Assembly (NCBI GenBank): GCA_963827235.1
Contig: CAWHAE010000012.1
Coordinates: 1,408,001 to 1,472,000, forward strand
Length of the DNA stretch: 64,000 nucleotides
Direction of reading: 5' to 3'
Source of the DNA: an uncultured bacterium
GTDB lineage: Bacteria > Chloroflexota > UBA5177 > JANWHV01
How positions within the stretch are numbered: the stretch's first letter is position 1; each line of letters opens with the position of its first letter. Positions 47,941 through 58,400 of the stretch are shown here, one piece after another. A model generated the notes under the pieces. The model did no database searches. It was not told the DNA's origin and was given only the letters and a program-made list of their open reading frames with translations. Position numbers and translations under genes: made by a program.

Positions 47941-49287
47941 TCACAATGGGACGTGTCGGCGGTGCAGGGTCATGCGCATCCCGAACCTGGGTCGCAGGGT
48001 GAGTCGCGGCTGCAATGCTACGGGATGGCCCTTCGCCAGGCTCAACTGCCAGCGCTGTGCCACGATGGCCACGGTCAGCATCGCCATCGTGCGGGCGTAT
48101 TGCTCGCCAATGCAGCGCCTGTGTCCGGCCCCGAAGGGGTAGTACGCGTATGATGGGTGCAAGGTCTCGTTCCCTCGCAGCCAACGCTCAGGCACGAATA
48201 CATCGGGATCGGGGTGGTAGCGAGAGTCGCGGTGCACAGCGTAGGGGCACAACGACACGCTGTCCCCAGTCTGCACAACATGGCCTCCCACGGTGCAGTC
48301 GGCGACGGCCCGGCGCGGGATGGCCCAGGCTGGTGGATAGAGGCGCAGCGTCTCGGCGAATACAGCTTCGGTATAGGGCAGGCGCGGCAGATCATCCAGA
48401 CTCGGCATCCGTCCTTCTAGGACGGCAGAAAGTTCGTCGTGAAGGGTCGCCTCGCATCGCGGATATCGCGAGAGCAGGTACCAGGTCCAGGTAAGCGCCA
48501 TGGCCGTAGTCTCGTAACCGGCCACGATGATCGTGATCAACTCGTCGCGCACCTGAGCATCAGGCATCCCTGTCCCGTCACCCTCTCTGTCTTGGGCCTG
48601 GAGCAGGATGGAAAGCACATCTCCTTGATCCGTGCCGGAGGCGCGACGCGCACGAATCTTCTCGTCGATCAGATAGCGCAGGCGACGCACCGCCTCTCGA
48701 CGACGGCGCCCGGCCGGCAGCGGCGATCGCTCGCGTAGCCGGGCGAAGGGCAACGCGAACGACGAGAAATCCTTCTGCAGAGTCGTGAACAGCGACCCGA
48801 TCTCCCGCGCATCCTCCTCAATGTCCATATTGAGCAGCGTCCTGCCCACAACGGTTAGGTTCAGGTGTGACATCTCCTCAGCCACGTCGATGGTTGCGCC
48901 GTCGCGCCAGCGCTCGCTCGTGCGCGTGATGGCGCCAGTCATCATCTCACTATAGATACCGAAGCGCCTGCGATGGAAAGCCGGCTGGATCAGCCGCCGC
49001 TGGCGCTCATGAAAGGCACCCTCACTGGTGAGCAATCCCTCGCCAAAGAAGACCTTGGTGGCCTGAAGACTGCGACCCTTGGCAAAGGCGTTCTGCTGCG
49101 TCACCAGCACCTCTTTCACCAGATCAGGGTGGTTGAGCATGAAGACGCGTACCGGGCCGATGTGGGCACAGGCGTGGCCGCCGTACGTGCGATACACATC
49201 GACAATGAAGCCAAACGGATCTGTATAAGCGGGAAGAAGGCTGCCGATGAACGGCAGTCCCTTTGGCCCGGGAATGGCGGAAGCCAT
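47941..49287 (-). CDS. cytochrome P450
   Basis: PGPKGLPFIG, GLLTSEG, I-helix VAGYETT, ETLRLYPP, PERW, heme motif PFGAGHRRCIG; GGGGAG before ATG 49287. Confidence 0.95.
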   Translation of the reverse strand: MASAIPGPKGLPFIGSLLPAYTDPFGFIVDVYRTYGGHACAHIGPVRVFMLNHPDLVKEVLVTQQNAFAKGRSLQATKVFFGEGLLTSEGAFHERQRRLIQPAFHRRRFGIYSEMMTGAITRTSERWRDGATIDVAEEMSHLNLTVVGRTLLNMDIEEDAREIGSLFTTLQKDFSSFALPFARLRERSPLPAGRRRREAVRRLRYLIDEKIRARRASGTDQGDVLSILLQAQDREGDGTGMPDAQVRDELITIIVAGYETTAMALTWTWYLLSRYPRCEATLHDELSAVLEGRMPSLDDLPRLPYTEAVFAETLRLYPPAWAIPRRAVADCTVGGHVVQTGDSVSLCPYAVHRDSRYHPDPDVFVPERWLRGNETLHPSYAYYPFGAGHRRCIGEQYARTMAMLTVAIVAQRWQLSLAKGHPVALQPRLTLRPRFGMRMTLHRRHVPL

Positions 49288-49476
49288 CGGAGCGAATCTC
49301 CCCAGTATTGCAGAGCACCGCGCGACGCGGGAAGATAGACGCGTGCACGCGCAGCGTATCCCGTCCAGGTGCAGCCTCCACAGCAGCAATATCAGTGCCG
49401 AGATCAACGCACGGGTCTTCACAGCCCCACTCCTTACGCTGACCAAGCCGTCAAACGTGCTTTTCGCCTTCGCTCC

Positions 49477-52400
49477 TCAGGTGGCCGGGTTGCGCGGCTC
49501 ACGCTGCGCGCGGAAGATGCCGGCGAGGCGCTCAATAGTCGGCCCTTCATACAGTTGTGAGAGCGATACGGCGGCACCCAGGCGCTTCTCCATCCGGGCG
49601 AGCATGCGCACGGCCAGAAGAGAATGTCCTCCCAGATCGAAGAAGTCGCTCATCGTGCCAATCGGGCGCACGTCCAATAGCGATTCCCAGATGCCAGCGA
49701 GTTCCGTCTCGACGGCATCGCGCGGGGCGACATAGCCGTCATACACACCCGTCTGTTCTCGGTCCGGTGGTGGTAGCATGCTCTGGTCGATTTTGCCATT
49801 GGATAGGCGAGGCAGCATCTCAAGGTGCACGAAGGCTGCAGGAATCATCGGGCTGGGCAACCTCTCTCTCAGGAAGCGCCGCAGTTGGACGTCGTCAGGC
49901 GCGTGTGACCCGTCGACCACCAAATACGCGACAAGCTGCTGCTCAGAGTCTGCACGCTGCCGTACAGCCACGACCTCTGCGTCTCGGACAGCAGGGTGAT
50001 CCAGGAGGGCGGTTGCGATCTCAGCCGGTTCGATGCGCATGCCGCGGTTCTTGATCTGGTGGTCGAGGCGACCACGAAACTCGATTGTACCGTCGGGAAG
50101 GAATCGCGCCATGTCTCCGGTTCGGTATAGCCGCTCACCCGGCGCATCCGCGAACGGCATGGGAATGAACCGCTCGGCAGTGAGCTCTGGGCGGTTGAGG
50201 TAGCCAACGGCAAGCCCGGCGCCACCAATCAGTAGCTCGCCGGGTACCCCGATAGGAACCGGCTGCAAATTGGCGTCGACCATGTAGACCTGCGTGTTGA
50301 CGATCGGCCGGCCGATCGGCACCGTGCGCCGACCATCTCCGCGCCGGCATGTCCAGCTTGTCGTATCGATCGTCGCCTCGCTGGGCCCGTAGAGGTTCGT
50401 CAGGGTTGCCGCGGACAGGGCATGGAACCGGTCCTGTAGGTTGGGCCTCAGAACTTCCCCGCCGCAGAACACGCGACGGAGCGAGTGGCATGCCGCGAAC
50501 CCCGGAGTTTCCAGAAGCATCTCCAGGACGGATGGGACTACCTGCATGGCGGTTACCGCGCTCGCCGCAATCAGCGCCGTGAGGTAGGCGGGGTCGCGAT
50601 GACCACCGGGTCTTGGCAGCACGATCCGCGCTCCGACCGACAGGGGACCTAATAGCTCCCAGACCGATGGGTCAAACGTGATCGGCGTGCGCTGCAGGAC
50701 GGCGTCCGTCGCCGACAACGGGAAGGCCATCTGGCGCCAGCGAACCTGGTTGCAGATAGCGCGATGTGGAACCATCACGCCCTTGGGGCGTCCGGTCGAT
50801 CCCGAAGTGTAGATCACATAGGCCAGGTGATCAGGCGTCGCGTCGACGAGCGGTCTGTCGGTGGACTCTTTACGGATCATCCCTTGCTCCTCGGCGAGCG
50901 CCAGCACCTCCATCCCCGGAACTGAGAGCGGCGCAGCCAAACGGGCCTGCGTCAGGAGCACTCGCGGCTGCGCATCCTGCAGAATGAGCGCTCTGTAGTG
51001 TTCGGGATCGCCGGGATCCAGCGGGAGATACGCGCCGCCGACCTTGTGGCATCCGATGATGGATGCAAGCAATTCCGGGGAGGGGTCCAGGCAGATGGCC
51101 ACGAGATCGCCCAGTCCCACGTTAAGCCGGCGCAAACGGTTCGCGAGTTGATTGGCCCAGCGGTCCAGCGCGCCGTAGGTAAGGCAGCCGCCGTCGTGCA
51201 CCAGCGCGACCGCATCGGGTGTCGCCTCAACCTGCGCCTCGAACAGCTTGTGCATGCATTTGGCCTCCCCGAGGTCTGCCTCGGTAGCATTCCAGTCGCG
51301 CAGCATTCGGCGCCGCTCGGGTGTTGTCAAGAGTGGCAGGTCCGAGATATGCCGCTCGGGCTGCTCGACGATGCCCTCGAGGAGGGTACTGAGATGCCCG
51401 GCCATCCGCTCGATGGTTTCCGTGTCGAAGAGGTCGGTGCTATAGACCAATCGGGCGCTCAGGCCTGCATCGAGCTCGAAGAACAGCGTCAGGTCAAACA
51501 GCGACGTGCCGGTCTCGATGTTCAGCGCGCTCAGCTCCAAGTCCGCCATCTTCATCTCTTGCAGGCGAAGGTTGTGCAGGATCATCATCGACTGGATCAG
51601 CGGCATCTGTTCCAGGCCGCGCCGCGGCTGGAGCGCTGCGACTACCCGCTCGAAGGGGACATCCTGGTACGCCAGGGCGCCGAGCGTTACCACGCGTACC
51701 CGTGCGAGCAACTCGCGGAAGGTAGGGTTTCCTGCCAGGTCCGTGCGTAGTACCAGCGTATTCATGAAGCAGCCGATGGCCGTCTCAGTTCCTGGTGCGC
51801 CGCGCGTCAGGATCGGTGTGCCCACGCTGATATCGCCGTCGCCCGAGTAGCGGTGGAGCAGTGTCTGATACGCCGCAAGCAGCGTCATGAACAGCGTCAC
51901 GCCCTCGCGCCGGCTGAGATCCTGCAGCGCTTTGTGCAGATGCGATGAAAGCTCCATGTAGTGGGTGCCGCCGTCTGGTGTTCGTACCACCGAGCGCGGT
52001 CGGTCGATCGGCAGGCGCAGCGTGGTTGGTGCGCCGGCGAGCCGCTCCTTCCAATAGGTGAGCTGGGACTCCATGGCTGGGTCCTGGAGGCGCTGTTGCT
52101 GCCAACGCACGTAGTCCTGGTACTGGTACGAAGGCTCGGACAGCGGAGAAAGATTGCCGCCGACGAACGCCTCGTAGTGGCTTGCGATGTCGCGAAGCAG
52201 CAGGACGCCGATGGTGCTGTCGCAGATCAGGTGATGGATGGTCATCAGGACGACGTGCTTGGTTTCAGCCAAGCGAAGCACCTTCGCGCGCAGCAGCGGA
52301 GGCCGTCCCAGGTCAAACGGCGCCTCAAAGGCGCATCTGGCCAGCTGATAGATCTCAGCCTCATGCTTATCCGGAGCAAGCATGCTCAGATCCACCGTTT

Positions 52401-55400
52401 GCAATTTGAAGGGCATCGCAGGCACGACAAACTGAGCCGGCTCTCCATCCACCGACACGAAGCCGGTGCGCAAGATCTCATGGCGTCGCACCGCTTCACT
52501 CAGACTTCGTTCCAGTGCTGCCAGATCCAGTGCTCCGCGGATACGCGTGTCAAGCGGAATGTTGTATGCAACGCTTCCTGGATCAAGTTGCTGCAGGAAC
52601 CACAGGCGTCGCTGCTCGCAAGAGAGTGGGAAGCCGGCAGGTTTGTCGGCATTGGGTTGCATCTTCTCGGTAGGTGCCGGATCGACGACCAGCTGGGCAA
52701 GGACCGTGTCGGTGAGATCTTCAATGGAGATGCCCTGCAGAAGCTGGACGACGGATATCTGGATCCCCAGCTCCGCGCTCAGCACCGAAATGAGCTCGAC
52801 GGCCATCAACGAGTCGAAGCCCATCTCGGTGAGCGGTCGATCTCGGCTTACCTTCCTGGCTGTCGATCCGAGAATCCTGGCCGCCCGACTGGTGATGTGG
52901 TCCTCCAACAGCGAGCGCCGCTGGTCACTAGCGGCATGCAGCAGGCGGGCGTGCACTGAAGATCCTGACTCGCCTGCCAGGCCGATATCGGACCGATCCG
53001 TCGCGGCAAGAACGCGCTCATATCGCCGAAGCGCGGCTGCGCCCTGGTGTCGCTGCACCCACTCCCGCCAGTTGATACGTGCGACGATGGCTTGCGTGAG
53101 GCCGCTTGTCAGAAGGCCGGGGAGCTTGGCGAGCGCCCATTCCACGGTGACGCTCTCCAGCCCGGCACGCCGCAGGTGCTCCAAGAGATCGGGGTGCCGG
53201 AACAGGTAGCCTGCGCCTGTCAGCGCCCCCCAGTTGACCGTCAGCGAGGGCAGGCCAAGCGCGCGCCGATAGGCGGCGAACGCATCGAGAAACGCATTAG
53301 CCGCCGCATAGTTGCCCTGTAGCGGGTGCCCGGCGACAGAGCTGATGGAAGAATAGAGAATGAAGAAGTCGAGGTGGTCGCACAGGGTGTGGCAATGCAG
53401 GTTCCATGTGCCCGCGATCTTCGAATACATTGCCGTTGCCAGGCGTTCGTGATCAAGGCGCAACAGCAGATCGTCATCGAGGACCATGGCAGCGTGGATG
53501 ACACCACGAAGCGGCGGCATCGTCGAGCGGATCCTCGCGAGCACTCGGTCCATGTCCTCCTCGGACCCGACGTCGCCTCTGGCCAGGACGATTTCGGTCG
53601 GGGTGCTCTGAAGGCTCTGCAACGCCGTGGCGTCGTCCTTGGGCGCACCGCTCCGGCTCATCAACACGATGTGCCGAGCCCCCTGTCCGACCAACCAGTG
53701 TGCCGTGGCCAGGCCAAATCCACCGAGGCCGCCGGCAATCAGGTAGGTGGCATCGGGGAGGCACATCGATTGAGGCTCGTGCCGCGACTGTACGCGATAC
53801 CGGGGTTGGCGGAGGGTAAGCACCAGCTTGCCGATGTGCCTGGCCTCGAGCATCAACCGATAGGCCGCTTCGACCTCCGAGAGGTCGAGAGTGCGGTAGG
53901 GCAGCGGCTGCAGCATCCCCTGTGCGGTCAGCGCCAGAACCTCCAGGAGCAGTGAACGTGCTAGGAGCGGACGTTCGCGCGCCAGCAGATCGAGATCCAC
54001 CGCGAAGAAGGCCAACCCGCGAGAGAATGGGAGCAGCCCTATGGTAGAGTCGGCCAGGACATCCCGCTTTCCTATCTCGACGAACCGGCCCCCTATGCGA
54101 AGAACATGCAGGCCTTTCTCGATCGCTTCGCCGGCCAGGGAGTTCAGGACCACATCTACTCCCTCGCCGTTTGTCAGCTCAAGCACCTCGTCCGCGAAGG
54201 CGAGGGACCGCGAGTCCAGCACATGCTCGATGCCGAGCGACCTCAGGTAGGTACGCTTCTCCGGGGTACCGGCCGTGGCAAAGATCTCGGCTCCTACACG
54301 GCGGCAGATCTGGATGGCCGCGTGCCCGACGCCACCCGCGGCTGCGTGAATCAGCACCCGCTCGCCCGATGCGACGCGGGCCAGGTGGTTCAGTGCGTAG
54401 TGTGCTGTCATGAAGGCGACGGGAATGGTAGCTGCTTCCTCGAAGCTCAGATGTGAGGGCTTGGGCGCAACGAGATCTGCCGGAGCGATGACACGCGATG
54501 CGAAGCCGTCATATCCCAGAGCCACCACCTCGTCGCCTGGGTGAAGGTCCTCGACGCCATTCCCGCACTCGAGGACAATGCCCGCGCATTCGACCCCAAT
54601 GCCACCCTTCGCAGTGCCCGCCGTTGCCGACGGAGACAACTCTCCCAGCGCCAGTAACACGTCCTTGAAATTGAGACCGCCGGTGACCATCCGAATGGCC
54701 ACCTCGCCAGGCCCGGGTGGCTGATAGGGCACTTCGGCAAGACAGACGGTTTCCAGAACACCGCGAGTGGCAAGGCTTACCCGGAACGACGCCGTCTCGG
54801 TAGGTACCTCCTTACTCGTGGTTGTCCCACTGGGCTGCCGAATGGAGGCGTGCTCGACGCGCTGCGCCAAGCGTTGCTCTCCACGCAGGGTAAGCTCCTC
54901 TTCGAAGTCGTCTCCCTGCAATTCGCCTACCAACGCTGCGGTCTCGTCGGCAGTACAGGAGGGGCTGAGATCCACCAGCCGGCAGTGCAGCCCCGGCTCC
55001 TCACTCATGATCACGTGCCCCAGACCCCAGAGCGGCGCCTGGGCCACATTCACGGGATCGCGCTGGCCGGACACATCCTGCGAGCCGGCTGTGATCAGCC
55101 ACAGCTCGGGCGGAGGCTCGGTGGACCGCTCCAGGGCATGGACGATCTCGAGCACACTGCCACATCCCGTGCGCTGCGCCTCCATCAAGGTGGCAGCCGT
55201 CCACTCTGCCGGTGGCGGCGCATCCAGGCTCCAAAGATGGAGCAACCCGTGGCGGACACCACCCGGCAGTCTCCAGCGACGCAGGAGGTGCGCGACATCC
55301 TCCTCCCGCGGTCGGATCTCGAAGGTGCCGTCGACGCGCTGGCTGAAGTGCTCTCCCGTATACACGCAGCTACACTCGTCGCCCCGCGCGGCGAGCGCCT

Positions 55401-58400
55401 CTGCTAAGCGGGTCCCGACGCCACCGCGATCCGCGAAAACGAGCCAGCGTTGCGACGCGGCGCGCGTGCGAGCCAGGAAGACCGTCTGGGCGGTTCCGCC
55501 ATCCTGAGCGGGCTCCGACAGACGAACGACATCGTCGAAACCGGTTGACTCAAGCAGGTTCTGCCACGCATCCGCGCTCAAGAGCGAATGGGAAGAGCGT
55601 ATGCCGGCATCGGTGAAACTCCACCAACCGTCCAGCCCACCGAAGACAACGTCGAGCCATGGGGAACGACGGGTCAGCTCCTCCAGTACCAGGATGCCGC
55701 CAGGCGCAAGGAGGCGCTGAATGTTGCGCAGCGCCGTCGAGAGGTCGGCCGTGGCGTGGAGGACGTTGGCGGCCAGCACGACGTCAAAGGAGTGCGCCTC
55801 GAAGTGCTGTGCTACCGGATCGTGTTCGATATCGAGCAGACCGAACCGCATACCAGTCTTGTCGCCGAACTTCTTCTGGGCGCGAGCCAGAAAGAAGGGC
55901 GACACATCGCTGAACACGTATTCCAATGAGCCGTGGTGAAGTTGTGGGAGCGTGGCGGCCGTGGCCCCGCCCAACCCAGCCCCGATTTCCAGCACGCGCA
56001 GCCGCGCGTCGGATGAGGCATCGTTCGTGGCAGCAGCGATGGCCTCCGCCGCGAGCATGTTATAGAGGAGAATTGGTGGCGACTGCTCGTACAACGCGGC
56101 AAGACTCTCAATTGCCTCTGGACCGAACAGAAACTCGTGGGCGTCTGCGTCCCCCCTCAGGACAACCGCCAGCGGTTCCCCCGACCGGCGGATCGATGCA
56201 ATGATGGCACTATAGTGCGGATACGCGGCGAGAAGCGCGTCCGCCAGTTCTTGCACTCTTCCCGACTTCGCACCAGGTGCCACGATGTTGTCGACCAGGT
56301 TTCGATCGTCGCGGACGATCTCCACCAACCTGGCGAACATTTGGCGATGCGGGCGGACGACTCCGAGCGACTCGGCCAGGGCATCAAGAGACAGCTCTGC
56401 TGCGCTGTGGTCGTCCCATCCAAGCTCCGTCAGCGCTGCCAGAGCGAACCGCGCGGCGAGGTGGTTGAGCCTGGGCTCGACCTCGGCGTAGTATGCGTCA
56501 GACCCGCGGTCGCGAGCCATTCGATCGAATGGTAATTGTACGCAGGCACGGATCTCCGACGGACCATGCAGGGCCATCGCATGGCGTGCCGCGGGCGGGC
56601 GGAGAGGCGTATGCTCCCAGACGAGCCGATAGAGTCCTTCGTCGTCGATCGGGCGTGCTGCCGGACCAGAGCGTTCCAGCACAGTGAACCGCAGACCGTC
56701 ACACGTGAGGACGACGTTCCCATCGTCATCGGCCAACAGCACCGTACCCGTTCGCGCCGCGTCGCCGGAGCCGCTCAGCCGAGCATGGGCCCAGAACGGG
56801 CCCTCGCCCGGTGGCAGGTAGAACTGCAGGCGGTGGACCGCGGCGATGACGCAGGTGCTATTCTCCCCCACGACGCCGGCGGCTGACAGGGCCGGACCAA
56901 GGAGGGCCTGGAAGGCGGCATCAAGCAGGCAGGGATGGATGCGGTACGACTGTGCCTGTGCGGCTACCGCGGCAGGCAGGACAATCCTGGCGAGGGCTTC
57001 GGCGCTACCCAGGCGGGCTTCCGCAATGCAACGGAAGGTCTCACCGTATCGGAGGCCCCGCGCCTCTGAGGCCGTATACAGGGCATCCGGCGACAGGTAG
57101 TCTGGGCAGCGCGCCGCGATGGCGCTCAGATCGAGGCGAGCAGGCGCCGGCGCCGCCATCCTCCGCAGCCGGCCCGCGGCGTGGAGTGTCCAGGCCGGCG
57201 CATTTCTCGTCCTCATCGCGGAGTGGATCTCTATTGACGACCGTGCCGGCTCAATCACTGCTTGCAGAAGGACGTCGTCGCGCCGCGGGAGAACAAGCAT
57301 CTTGCTGAGCTCGACATCCTCGATAGAAGCGCTATCCCCCAGCCCAATCTCACGCGCCGCGGCGAGCATCATTTCGACGTACGCGGCACCGGGGAAGACG
57401 ACGCTGTGCTCGATGCTGTGGTCGTCTAGATACGAAAGTTGTGACGCACTCATGTCCACTTCCCACACCGGTCGGACAGAGCGCAGCCGGTGGCCCAACA
57501 GGGGATGGCCACTATCGACACCGGCGGGTCGATACTCGGACGCCGCGTCCGGAGCGCCTGTGTCAAGCCAGTAGCGCTCGCGCTGCCAGGGATAGGTCGG
57601 CAGTGGCACGCACGTGCCTTCGAGGTAGAGGGTGGACCAGCTCACCTGGCAGCCGCGGACGTGCAGCGACCCTAGGGTACGCAGCATCACGGTGCGCTCG
57701 CTCTCCCGTTGTCGGAGCGACGGCAGCACGACGCCGCTTTGACCGCGATTCGCCAGGCACTCCAGGATACTGGCGGCGAGTACCGGATGCGGCCCGACTT
57801 CCACGAACGTGCCAAAGCCGTCATCGATCAACTGATCGACGGCCTTTGCGAAGAGTACCGGATTCCGCACGTTTTGCCACCAATAGCCGGAGTCGAAGTC
57901 CGGTCCGTCCGATCGGCGTCCCGTCACTTCCGAGATAATCGGAATCACCGGTGCGTTCGGCCGGAGCCCCTGGATAGACTCCAGAAACTCCTCGCGGATA
58001 GCATCCATCTGCGGACCATGGTAAGGAACCGTCACCGGGAGGCGCCGGCAGAAGAGATGCTGCCGCTCGAGCTGGTCGGCAATGCGTGCCAGTAGATCGG
58101 CCGTTCCCGAGAGCGTGACCGAATTCGGACTGTTGACCGCGGCAACAGAGACGCGATCCTCGCATCCCGAAATCAAGGCAAGCGCCGCATCGTGCGAGAC
58201 GCCTGCGGCGAGCATGACTCCTGTGCCGCTCGTGCGCTGCTGCAGCCGGCCACGATGGAACGCCAGGCGCACGGCGTCGGGCAGGTCCAGCGCGCCCGCG
58301 ACACAGGACGCGGCCATTTCGCCCGAGCTATGGCCAATCACGGCATCGGGGATGATCCCCCAGGAACGCCACAACTCGGCAAGGGCAATCTGGATGGCGA

